DNA from: an uncultured Gammaproteobacteria bacterium
Lineage (GTDB): Bacteria > Patescibacteriota > Patescibacteriia > Buchananbacterales > UBA6539
Reading direction: 5' to 3'
Assembly (NCBI GenBank): GCA_964497245.1
Contig: CAZCCC010000003.1
Location: 1 to 61,838 of the forward strand
DNA: 61,838 nt
The notes beneath the pieces are model-generated. The model was not told the DNA's origin and made no database searches. It saw only the letters and a list, made by a program, of their open reading frames with translations. Both the position numbers and the translations under genes were made by a program. This document shows, in pieces, positions 42,995-53,596 of this stretch (the stretch's first letter is position 1; the number at the start of each line of letters is the position of its first letter).

Positions 42995-44015
42995 TCTTTT
43001 TGAATTTATATATTATCAGCAGGCTGAAGATTAATAGCAGCATTACCAAAGCAAGTATAATTAAAGCTATTATTTTTCCTTTTGAATGAAGAAAAAGAGA
43101 GGAAATTCCAAAAGCGACAGTTGCTGAGTATAAAAAAACTACAGTTTGACGGTGGCTTAAGCCAATATCCAAAAGACGAAAATGAAGATGCCTTTTATCG
43201 CCTTTTAAGGGAGATTGGCCTTTAATAACTCTTGATGCAATAACCCAAATAACATCCAAAATTGGAATTCCTAGTATAAGCAGAGCTGTAGCAATTTTTG
43301 AGCCGGAAATAATGGCAAGGATTCCAAGCATAAAACCACAAAAAACACTTCCCCCTTCCCCTAGAAATATTTTAGCCGGGTGCCAATTAAAAATTAAAAA
43401 TCCAAAACAGCTGCCTGCTAGTATCAAAGCCAAAATTGAAGTTCCGGAAGAAGGAACATCCCAATGCAGGCTCACTATAAAAATTATCAATGCGCCGATA
43501 GCAGTAATCCCTGACACCAGACCGTCAAGGCCGTCTAAAAATTTTGTCGTATATATCATCCCCATGAGCCAAAAAAAGGCGGCAATTATCCCGGCGTAAA
43601 AAGGTAGTCCTATTACTCCGCCGAATGGATTTGTGATGTATTCAATTCTAATTCCAGCCAGCAATACAACCAGAATTGATAATATTGGCCAGATTATCTG
43701 CTGATATGGCTTAAGATTATATTTGTCGTCCAAAAATCCTCCTAAAATTAAAATAAAGCCACCTAATAAAATGGCGGCTATGTGCTGATTTTGTATTTTT
43801 AAATCATTAATATAACCTAGGTACCAAAAAATTATTGTTGCTAAAAAAAAAGAAAGAAAAATAGCCAATCCACCCAGCAAGGCTATTGGCTTTTGATGAA
43901 TTTTTCTTGAACCGGGATAATCAACTATTTTTGTTTTTTCAGCAAGTCTTTTAACGATGGGAGTTAAAAGACACGAAATAATAAATGTCAAAATTATTGG
44001 CATTAAGTAAAACAT
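42978..44015 (-). CDS. polyprenyl-phosphate HexNAc-1-phosphate transferase (MraY/WecA family)
   Basis: IVDYPGSRKIHQKPIALLGGLAIF, DDKYNL, NFLDGLDGL-like (KFLDGLDGLVSG) and a multi-TM layout. Confidence 0.85.
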   Translation of the reverse strand: MFYLMPIILTFIISCLLTPIVKRLAEKTKIVDYPGSRKIHQKPIALLGGLAIFLSFFLATIIFWYLGYINDLKIQNQHIAAILLGGFILILGGFLDDKYNLKPYQQIIWPILSILVVLLAGIRIEYITNPFGGVIGLPFYAGIIAAFFWLMGMIYTTKFLDGLDGLVSGITAIGALIIFIVSLHWDVPSSGTSILALILAGSCFGFLIFNWHPAKIFLGEGGSVFCGFMLGILAIISGSKIATALLILGIPILDVIWVIASRVIKGQSPLKGDKRHLHFRLLDIGLSHRQTVVFLYSATVAFGISSLFLHSKGKIIALIILALVMLLLIFSLLIIYKFKKNEEKL

Positions 44016-44024
44016 TTGGAAGAT

Positions 44025-46787
44025 TTAAATTTCTTTAGCTTTATTTATTTCTATTTGCCCTCCTGATTTTATTATTATTGTATCGCGGCGATTTATTTGG
44101 TTGGACAAAATATAATTAGTTATTGGATCTTGAACGCTTTTTTGAATTACTCTTATCAGCGGCCTTGCTCCAAATTCCAGGCTAAATCCGGCATTAGCCA
44201 ATTCTGTTATAGCTTCAGGAGTGGCTTTAAGTATAATCCCCTTATTAATTTCCAAATTTTGTTTAATTTTTACAAGTATTAACTTTGTTATACTTTCAAC
44301 ATCCTTAATTGTCAGCGGCTTGAATACAATTATACCATCAAATCTATTTAGAAATTCAGGTCTAAAATATTTATCCAGATGATCATCCATCAGCTGTTTT
44401 TGAATTTCTAAAATGGGGGTTTGTTTTTTTACCATCGATTTGATAAAATCAGATCCGGCATTTGAGGTGGCAATAATAATGGCATTTGTGAAATCAATGG
44501 TCCGTCCTGAAGAGTCAGTGAGTCGTCCATCGTCTAATATTTGTAAAAAAATGTTTAAAATTTCAGGATGGGCTTTTTCTATTTCATCAAGTAGAATCAA
44601 AGAAAAAGGATTTTTTCTAACAGCTTCGGCAAAATAACCGCCTTCTTTAGTTTGGCTATATCCGGGAGGCGATCCAATTAGGCGATTAATACTTGATTTT
44701 TCTTGATATTCGGACATGTCAAGCCTTATCATTTTGTTTTCGTCTCCAAAATAAACTTCAGCTATTGTTTTGGCAAGTTCTGTTTTACCCACCCCTGTCG
44801 GACCTAAAAAAAGTAGATTGACAATCGGTTTTTTCTGGTCGCGCATTTCCGCTCTGGCCCTTCTTAAGCTTGAGGCAACCATTTCAACCGCTTCATCTTG
44901 TCCAACCACTCTTTCATGAATTTTTACTTCCAAATTAACAAGTTTTTCAGACTCCTCCTGTGTAATCTCAGTAAGTGGGATGTTAGTTTTTTCCGATATT
45001 ACTGCTGCCACGTCATTAGCTGTAATAATAGAGTTTATTCCTTTTTTACCGCTCATTACATTGGCTGTTTGTTGAAGAATTTCAATTGCTTTTTCCGGTA
45101 AAAAACGATCGTGCAAATAGCGGTTTGAAAGCTCTACGGTTTTAGCTATTGCATCGTAGGAAAAATAAATTTTATTATGATATTCAATTGCACCGATTTT
45201 TGATTCAAGTATTTGGATAGCCTCGTTGCCGGAGATTTCTTCAATATTAATTTTTTCAAGGACGCTGCTTAAGGAATTTTTATTTTCAATATACTGCCGG
45301 TATTCGGTTGGAGTTGTCGTTGAAATAGATAGAATACTACCGTTTCCCAAAGCCTGACTTAAAACGTCAGCTAAATCAACACTTCCCCCTTGCCAACCGG
45401 CTGATATTCCTATAATTCCGTGTATATCATTAATAACAAGGATTATATTGCCTGATCTTCTGACTTCGTTTAGAATAATTATCATTCTTTCTTGGGCTTG
45501 ACTGGCATCTACTCCTGATACCAGCTGGGCTATATTAAGGCTCACTAGTCTTTTATCTTTTAGAAATTTGGGAACATTCTCTTCTACCATCATTTGAGCT
45601 ATTCCTTCGATTATTGTTTTTTTACCAACGCCTGAATTACCCACCAGCACAGCACTTCTTCTGGTGCCTCCAGACATTATGCTAAAAATCTCGTTAATTT
45701 CCTTCTGACGTCCAATGCAGGGCATTAAATAGCCATATTTAGCCAGTAGGGTTAAGTCTCTGCCAAATTTATCTAAAGCAGGCGTAGCAATCGCTGTCAT
45801 CGCCCTATTCATCGCTCCTCCGGGTTTTAGGGAGGCTTTTTTTCTGAATTTTCGCCAATTTTCTCTAAGCTGGCCTTTAATCCTCAGCCAAGCAGCCACA
45901 TTTTCAATTTTATCTGAAGTTATATTCAAATCATAAAGTATTTCTTGTATAGAATCATCATTTTTAACCAAAGATTCTAGAATTTCAGTAGTGCCGATTT
46001 TTTTCTGCCTTAACGAATAAGCTAAAAAATAAGAGTCAAATAATATTTTTTTTACTTTTTTATTTATTTCAATTGAAGGTGGCTTTTCTTGTAGATTATA
46101 TGAATAAAGCAATTTAATAATTCTATTTTTTAAATCTTCAAAATTTATTCCAAGCCTGCTAAATACAATTTGAATTTCTTCAGTCCCTAAGAGTGAAAGA
46201 AATAAATGTACGGGCGCAATTTCTTTACTACCATAACGATTAGCGGTCTTCCATGAATCAAAAAACGCTTGATTGGCAGTTTCGGATAAATATTTTGAAA
46301 TATTTATCTTTTTTTTAGCAGAAAGTCCATCTATTTCATCTTCAGTTATCAGATTAAAAATTAATTTTTCTTCCCGATATTTTTTGGAAGGAATTAATTT
46401 TTCTTCCCCTGAATTTTTTTGAAGATAATATATATAACAATTAGAAAGCATTGAAATCCAAAAAATTAAAAGCTGCCAATTTTTTATTTTATATAAATCC
46501 GAAAAAGACAGGTTTGAATTAAAGAAAAGATATGCCGCCCATGCAAGCATTAAGACACCAAAAATTCCAAAAAGGGAAAAGATTATAATGGTTGCTTTTT
46601 TAATTATTTTTTTAGCGTCTCGTAAAGCAACCTGAAGCGGATTTATTTTTTTTCCCCAATAAAGCAAATATTCTCCATCCCAGCCAATTACTCCAAAATT
46701 AAAACACCGGCTACACTTTTTTTCCTTAAGCTTACCTTCGCATTTTTGGCAAGTCATATACTGCACTTTTTTTTCGGTTTCTTGCAT
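44025..46787 (-). CDS. Clp/Hsp100-family double-AAA+ ATPase with an N-terminal zinc ribbon and two TM helices
   Basis: CQKCEGKLKEKKCSRC, then TM helices (ATIIIFSLFGIFGVLMLAWAAYLFF; WQLLIFWISMLSNCYIYYL) and Clp_N-like repeats. D1 has GNSGVGKKT and ILVINDIH. D2 has canonical GPTGVGKTELAK, LILLDEIEKAH and FRPEFLNRFD. Confidence 0.8.
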   Translation of the reverse strand: MQETEKKVQYMTCQKCEGKLKEKKCSRCFNFGVIGWDGEYLLYWGKKINPLQVALRDAKKIIKKATIIIFSLFGIFGVLMLAWAAYLFFNSNLSFSDLYKIKNWQLLIFWISMLSNCYIYYLQKNSGEEKLIPSKKYREEKLIFNLITEDEIDGLSAKKKINISKYLSETANQAFFDSWKTANRYGSKEIAPVHLFLSLLGTEEIQIVFSRLGINFEDLKNRIIKLLYSYNLQEKPPSIEINKKVKKILFDSYFLAYSLRQKKIGTTEILESLVKNDDSIQEILYDLNITSDKIENVAAWLRIKGQLRENWRKFRKKASLKPGGAMNRAMTAIATPALDKFGRDLTLLAKYGYLMPCIGRQKEINEIFSIMSGGTRRSAVLVGNSGVGKKTIIEGIAQMMVEENVPKFLKDKRLVSLNIAQLVSGVDASQAQERMIIILNEVRRSGNIILVINDIHGIIGISAGWQGGSVDLADVLSQALGNGSILSISTTTPTEYRQYIENKNSLSSVLEKINIEEISGNEAIQILESKIGAIEYHNKIYFSYDAIAKTVELSNRYLHDRFLPEKAIEILQQTANVMSGKKGINSIITANDVAAVISEKTNIPLTEITQEESEKLVNLEVKIHERVVGQDEAVEMVASSLRRARAEMRDQKKPIVNLLFLGPTGVGKTELAKTIAEVYFGDENKMIRLDMSEYQEKSSINRLIGSPPGYSQTKEGGYFAEAVRKNPFSLILLDEIEKAHPEILNIFLQILDDGRLTDSSGRTIDFTNAIIIATSNAGSDFIKSMVKKQTPILEIQKQLMDDHLDKYFRPEFLNRFDGIIVFKPLTIKDVESITKLILVKIKQNLEINKGIILKATPEAITELANAGFSLEFGARPLIRVIQKSVQDPITNYILSNQINRRDTIIIKSGGQIEINKAKEI

Positions 46788-46792
46788 TGTTG

Positions 46793-47170
46793 TCAGGCGA
46801 TTATTTTAATTAAATTTTGGAATATTTGATGGATTATCAGCACAGGAATCAAAGGCCATATTAGGAATAAAATTAAAAAAATAGCTGCCCAAATAAGCAG
46901 CAAAATTAACCTGATAGTAATTTGAATCAGGCGGACAAAAAAACTTATAATTCTGCCGGTGATGTCATATTGGCCAAACATCGGAGTAAAAATGTTATTT
47001 ACCCAGACCATGACCCCAAGTTGTTCATTTTGATTTCTAAATCCATTTAGACAGTTAGCCCCGTTTTCAACCAGTCCTTTTGAATACCACCAAATCGGCC
47101 AATAAAAAATACCGGCTAATATATCAAAAAAAATACGGTTTGCCAGTGGTAAAATAATATCTATCCTCAT
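46793..47170 (-). CDS. small hypothetical membrane protein
   Basis: A 125-aa hydrophobic ORF. Its stop lies 6 nt upstream of the Clp-like gene start. Confidence 0.45.
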   Translation of the reverse strand: MRIDIILPLANRIFFDILAGIFYWPIWWYSKGLVENGANCLNGFRNQNEQLGVMVWVNNIFTPMFGQYDITGRIISFFVRLIQITIRLILLLIWAAIFLILFLIWPLIPVLIIHQIFQNLIKIIA

Positions 47171-47217
47171 AGTATAATTATAACATAAATTGCGTCCACA
47201 TTAAATAAGCTGTTTTA

Positions 47218-47541
47218 TCAGCTGATACTAAAAATTTTATCAAATTCTTTTTTAATAGATTCTTTTATCTCATATTCGGAAACTATTTTTTCAACTATAC
47301 CTGGAAGATCGGCATTTAGAACAACTTCGGTATCAGTTACGATTGCATTACCTTTAATTTCTATAGTTACAAACATTTTTTTCGCAATAAAAGAGAATCT
47401 GACAATATTACCGTCCCATTCTTTTTTTTGTTCGGATATATTTACCAAATTGTGTTTTTTTTCCATCATTTCTTGAGCGTAGTTATCTATTTTTTCAATT
47501 GCCTCTTCTTTTGTTGTTTTGTGGGCCAAAGTTAATTGCAT
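47218..47541 (-). CDS. hypothetical small protein
   Basis: A 107-aa ORF. It weakly resembles polyhydroxyalkanoic-acid-system family small proteins in length and pattern. This is not a firm call. Confidence 0.5.
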   Translation of the reverse strand: MQLTLAHKTTKEEAIEKIDNYAQEMMEKKHNLVNISEQKKEWDGNIVRFSFIAKKMFVTIEIKGNAIVTDTEVVLNADLPGIVEKIVSEYEIKESIKKEFDKIFSIS

Positions 47542-47819
47542 AATTTGGATTCTTTAAAATATTAGTATAAATTTTAATTTACTGATCATCTCAGAGAAAA
47601 ACCAGCATATATTTGTACGCTACCTTTTTTCTTGAAAATTGATAGTAATTATTTGTTATTCAGAAAAATTTATGATTAATTCTTAAAAACACTTAACAAT
47701 AGCTTTTGTTGATGAATTATTAGCTTAATTCTGGCATTTTTCGATAAAAAAGTCAAAATAAAATCAAGTTACTTTTTTTTGATTAAATTTATTAAATTTA
47801 GGTTTTAGAGCAAGTAAAA

Positions 47820-48983
<1,164 letters not shown>

Positions 48984-49074
48984 TCAGTATTTAAAATTTG
49001 TCTCTATTTTTTCGTAAGAAGCGGAAATATATGAATCCCTTTTTATAGGGATTTAGAATTCAGGCATTAGAATT

Positions 49075-50952
49075 TTATTCGGTAATATCTATAACTAGCC
49101 CTCTGCCACCTCCTATCGGATCATCTTCAAGATTTGAAGTTACAGCTTTGCCTGATTTGGCTATAGGAGAATCAGTTATTTTATCTAATGCTGAAAATTG
49201 TGTTTGGTCAATGAGTATTAAAAGTTTTTTTGCCTGCTGTTTAGTTGGCGTAACCGATATATCAAACCATAAATTTATTTCATCAAAGCTTTTACCTGAA
49301 GGAATTCTTCCTATTTCCCAGACTACCTCATTGCTTGAAGGATTGTAGGATATACTACCGACTTTTAACATATATTTATTTTCCCAGCTAATTCCCTCCG
49401 GCAGAATTGTTGAAACTTTAGCGTCAGTTACTTCGTGCAAGCTGTTTGACAGACCCCAATAGATTCTGAAGCTTGTTTTTTGCCCAACTACCGGTGGTAA
49501 AGGGCCTATGCCAACTGCTATATTATCTTCATCAAAATATCTGCCTTCTACTTTAAGCTGGATATCGGTGTTTATATTTCCTCTAATTTTATTGCTTTCA
49601 ATAATGTATTCATCAACTTCCAGATTACCAATTTTTTTTAATAAAGCAAAAACATTACTTACAACCTGGAGGTTATTTTTTTCCAGATCAACTTGAGCTG
49701 AATCTTTTACCCTGATTGAAAAGTCAATTGATCCCTCATCCAAAGGCCTCAATAAGGCGAGATTTGATATTTGGCTTTTATCCCATGTTATTTTTTTATC
49801 TTTTATAATTCCTGAATTCTTATCTTCAAGACTGCCCCAATCTAATATATCTGAGTCTATTTCAATATTTAATTGAACATCCTCTAAATTTTTTTTTCCT
49901 AGATTTTTATAAATAATTGAATAAGTTAGTATTTGTCTGAAATTAATTGGTTGGTCATAAGAAGAACCATTGACAATCAAATTAAGACTTAAATTTGAAT
50001 GATTTAATTCAATCTCTATTTTCTTTTCTTGCTGAAGTGAAAAATATTCAGTTTGTTTATCAATAAATCCGATTTGGGCGGTTATAAAAATTTTTTCAGC
50101 CTCCGGTTCTGCAATAAATCCCCCGGTAATTTCTATTTCCCCTCTTTGATTTTTAGCTAGCTTATCAATAAGCCATTGATTATTCAAGCTGCGGGCATCA
50201 TCTTCGCGTTGAAATGGTTTAGGGGTTGATTCTTGAAATATAAAATTTTGAGGATAATCAATAAGAATCCTAATGTTCTCTAGGTCTTGGTCGGAATTAT
50301 TTTTGTAAGCTACTTTATAGACAGTTCTTTTCTCCAGCAATACTTGAGTTGGTCCTTCAATTTCTATTTCCAAAATTGAAGAGGTTATCTGACAGGAGAA
50401 TAATGAAGTCTCCTTAAAAATTGAGCTGAAATTTCCAGGCTTAAACGAAGCAGTGGCGTTAATTGTTTTTATTGATCCGACTTCGCCGATTAATCTGCCT
50501 CTTATCTGGATTTTTCCGGAAGAATTTCTGTTTAAATCACCAATTTTCCATGAAGAATTGAAGTCGTTTGAGGGAGTGGGGTCAGCTTCAATAAATTCAA
50601 AACCGTCTGGATAACGAATTATAATTTCCAATTCATTTAAGCCCACCTTGTCAATATTTTTGTATTCAATTACATAGCTTATTTCATCTCCAGAAGCAAT
50701 ATTTTGTTCCCCCTTGATTGAAAGTTCTATACTTTTACTGGCCAAATTTCTATCTGGATTAAAAATAAAAAAACCTAGCCATATAATTCCGGCCAGAATC
50801 AGTCCGATCAAGATGAATCCAAATAAAAATAATTTCCAGCGACCCACTCTTTCCACTTCAAGATGAGATATATCGGGAAGACTGCCGTCTTTATTGCTAT
50901 ATATGTTTATTAAATCCTTTTGGAAATTATTATTAGCTGGTTTTTTATTCAT
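49075..50952 (-). CDS. large membrane-anchored, repeat-containing surface protein (unassigned family)
   Basis: A 625-aa protein with one N-terminal TM helix (WKLFLFGFILIGLILAGIIWLGFFIF). Repeated segments of about 100-120 aa look beta-rich (…YVIEYKNI…, …YKVAYKNN…, …YSIIYKNLG…). It overlaps the upstream gene by 8 nt. Confidence 0.55.
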   Translation of the reverse strand: MNKKPANNNFQKDLINIYSNKDGSLPDISHLEVERVGRWKLFLFGFILIGLILAGIIWLGFFIFNPDRNLASKSIELSIKGEQNIASGDEISYVIEYKNIDKVGLNELEIIIRYPDGFEFIEADPTPSNDFNSSWKIGDLNRNSSGKIQIRGRLIGEVGSIKTINATASFKPGNFSSIFKETSLFSCQITSSILEIEIEGPTQVLLEKRTVYKVAYKNNSDQDLENIRILIDYPQNFIFQESTPKPFQREDDARSLNNQWLIDKLAKNQRGEIEITGGFIAEPEAEKIFITAQIGFIDKQTEYFSLQQEKKIEIELNHSNLSLNLIVNGSSYDQPINFRQILTYSIIYKNLGKKNLEDVQLNIEIDSDILDWGSLEDKNSGIIKDKKITWDKSQISNLALLRPLDEGSIDFSIRVKDSAQVDLEKNNLQVVSNVFALLKKIGNLEVDEYIIESNKIRGNINTDIQLKVEGRYFDEDNIAVGIGPLPPVVGQKTSFRIYWGLSNSLHEVTDAKVSTILPEGISWENKYMLKVGSISYNPSSNEVVWEIGRIPSGKSFDEINLWFDISVTPTKQQAKKLLILIDQTQFSALDKITDSPIAKSGKAVTSNLEDDPIGGGRGLVIDITE

Positions 50953-53539
50953 ATTTTTTTGTTACTAAAACCGCACCGTAAAATTTGTCAGAAGTTAGAA
51001 TATCTGAAAATATCAGATTATTTTCATCGCTGGACAACTCCTGAGGAAATTTAGCCAGTATTTTTAACTCATCATTTAATATCAGTCTGCTTTGTATTTC
51101 ACTCCCAAGACTTCCTAGTTGCTTTTGGGCAAGCAGGCTGTAATAAAAAGTTTTTTCTCCGTCAAGTTTTACCCTGAAAGGCAGGCGATATTTAATTACC
51201 GCTTCTTTTGTTTCGCCGGCGCCAAGCTGAAGCCAATTTCCAAAAACTGTTTTGCCACTTTCGTTATATATGTCGGTTCCTGTTTTTTGATGTTTCTCGC
51301 GGTCAGTTTCTATCACTACTAAATCGGCATCATTTTGATACTCCAAAAGGGGTTTTTTAAAGAATTTTTCCGGCGGTCTTTCAAAACCCTCGGCTTCTAG
51401 CAGTGCGCTGCCTAAAGGGAGATAAAATCTTACGTAACTGTTGTTTTGGACGCCGGTAAATATATCTTTATTGCGAATACCGGTGTGTGTCCTTATAAGC
51501 TTTATGGTATTAATTATTGATCCGTCAGATTGAATTTCGGCGGTATGATCAATCAGCTCCTCAATTACCCCATCGGTTTTTCCTCCAGCTAAATTAGTAT
51601 GAACCACTGAGAGATAATCCCCATCGGTTTTTTTTATCTCTGCACTCCAACCAAAATTTTTGATTATTTTTTGGATTTGTTCATCATTAAAATAAGTTAA
51701 TAAGTGTTTTTCATTTAGACTTTCTTTAATAAGTTCTCCCAATTTTTTCATTTCTTCTCCACTGGCATTAAATATCCTTTTCATCAGCTTGGGCGCCATG
51801 TCAGTAATAAACTGTTTAGGACGGTTTTCTTCCTTATCATATTCAAGCTGGACAATCTTTTGGGCCTCTTCTACAAAATTTTGACTGTTTATTTCTTCAC
51901 GTCCGTATTCATCCATGGTTATAGGGCCAAATATTTCAAGTAATTTTTCCATTACAGTTGAAGTAATTGCTATTACACCATCAGTAGTCGGGCCACCTGT
52001 ATTTTGATAAAACCATTGTATTTTTTTAGCGGCACTTGGAAAATCAGGCCACCAATTAGCATCTTGAAATTCCCAACGTGTGTTTATTAAATGAAGTGGT
52101 TCCGGCGCTAATACTTTTGGAATTAATTGACCTTGAACGTCATATGTTCCACCTCCTGGGATTTCAAGATTTTTAATTTTTCCCCTGTCAATATCAAGAA
52201 TGGCAAAGCTTCCCATAAATCCGCCTCCGCCCCGCAGTTCATTATTATTTAAAAAAAGGATTAAATATCGCTGCCATTGATCCCTACCCAATGCTTTCAA
52301 GAAAGCGTTATTAATTGAATAGACGTCGGTCAAGCCGCTGCTTATCTTCGGTAAATATTTAAGGACATTTTCAAAAGCCTGGCGGTGTTCTTCTGGTAAA
52401 TCCTTTAGTCTTACGTTATTAATTCTTGTCTTAGCTTCATTGAATTTTTCGATCACAATTTCAAGATCAGCTTGAAATTCTATTAAAGAGTTATAATAAT
52501 CATCTATACTTTTGCTGTTTAAAAAACGATTACCGCTTGCGATTAGAATTTGGCCTAATTCAGCTGCAATTTCTCCTGCTTCAAGCAGATTAATACCGGC
52601 ATTGACACTAGATCCTTTTCCGGGAAGCACCTTTATTATTTCAGTAGTCAGTGCGCTTAAATTATCAACTTCCTGTTGCGCCAAATTAAAGCTTTGTCTA
52701 GCCTTAATGAATTGGTGATTAGCCTTGTCGAAATCCATTGTTACTGCTGCCTGCTCCGCCAGTTTTAGATTTTCAATCGCATGATTAGTAATCAGTAAAA
52801 TTTTATCTTTAGTGGTTTGAAGATCCTGATAATAAGTATAAGCCTCTAAAGGAAGAATAAAGATTGATGCAATTACAGCAAAGGCCACAACTTTTTTATG
52901 CCAGTCGCTAGGAATGCATAAAATTGAAAATTTAACGTGACTGGGAGCGGCAAAAATATCCTCTACTCCTTCCTTTGTAAAAGCTTCATCTGTTTTATAG
53001 TTGGTATTTTTTTCGTTTTTCACTTTAGTAATTTTTTCTTTTTTTAGCGATCTAAAACTATGGGCAATAAATGAAATTAGCTGAAAAAATGTTTTTAAAA
53101 ATTTAAAATTATATTGAAATGATTTTTTTCTGCCAATTAAATTAACTTCCAACCGAGTTGTCTTTTTAGGATAAATTTTTGGTGGCTTTGGAGGATTGCT
53201 GATTTTTGAATTATTTGCATTAAAAGACGTCTTTTGTAAATTAATTTTTTTTTCGGAAAAATCAGGATTAGGGTTTGAAAATTGATTTTGAGAATAATTT
53301 TTTAAATTAATAATATGAGGAGAATTTTTTACCCCATATTTGATTATATTAACTCTCTCCACCGGCAAAAATGAACCATTCTTTAATCTATCTAAATTTG
53401 TTTTTGGTTTAAGTGATTTTTTAGCGGCTAGACTTTCTCCCTTCTTAACAATGGTTTTTTTAGCGGCAGGTTTTGATTTTTTTACGATATTTTTAAGTTT
53501 GGTTGATTTTGAAGTTATTTTTTTTGTTTTTGTTGCCAT
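50945..53539 (-). CDS. DUF4012 domain-containing membrane-anchored protein
   Basis: A Lys-rich N-terminus and one TM helix, then NNNELRGGGGFMGSFAILDIDRGKI and DANWWPDFPSAAKKI, which I recognise as DUF4012 hallmarks. Confidence 0.6.
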   Translation of the reverse strand: MATKTKKITSKSTKLKNIVKKSKPAAKKTIVKKGESLAAKKSLKPKTNLDRLKNGSFLPVERVNIIKYGVKNSPHIINLKNYSQNQFSNPNPDFSEKKINLQKTSFNANNSKISNPPKPPKIYPKKTTRLEVNLIGRKKSFQYNFKFLKTFFQLISFIAHSFRSLKKEKITKVKNEKNTNYKTDEAFTKEGVEDIFAAPSHVKFSILCIPSDWHKKVVAFAVIASIFILPLEAYTYYQDLQTTKDKILLITNHAIENLKLAEQAAVTMDFDKANHQFIKARQSFNLAQQEVDNLSALTTEIIKVLPGKGSSVNAGINLLEAGEIAAELGQILIASGNRFLNSKSIDDYYNSLIEFQADLEIVIEKFNEAKTRINNVRLKDLPEEHRQAFENVLKYLPKISSGLTDVYSINNAFLKALGRDQWQRYLILFLNNNELRGGGGFMGSFAILDIDRGKIKNLEIPGGGTYDVQGQLIPKVLAPEPLHLINTRWEFQDANWWPDFPSAAKKIQWFYQNTGGPTTDGVIAITSTVMEKLLEIFGPITMDEYGREEINSQNFVEEAQKIVQLEYDKEENRPKQFITDMAPKLMKRIFNASGEEMKKLGELIKESLNEKHLLTYFNDEQIQKIIKNFGWSAEIKKTDGDYLSVVHTNLAGGKTDGVIEELIDHTAEIQSDGSIINTIKLIRTHTGIRNKDIFTGVQNNSYVRFYLPLGSALLEAEGFERPPEKFFKKPLLEYQNDADLVVIETDREKHQKTGTDIYNESGKTVFGNWLQLGAGETKEAVIKYRLPFRVKLDGEKTFYYSLLAQKQLGSLGSEIQSRLILNDELKILAKFPQELSSDENNLIFSDILTSDKFYGAVLVTKKYE

Positions 53540-53596
53540 TTTATTAAATTATTGGTGATTTTTTTAAATAAAGTATTTATTGTAGTATAACATAAA

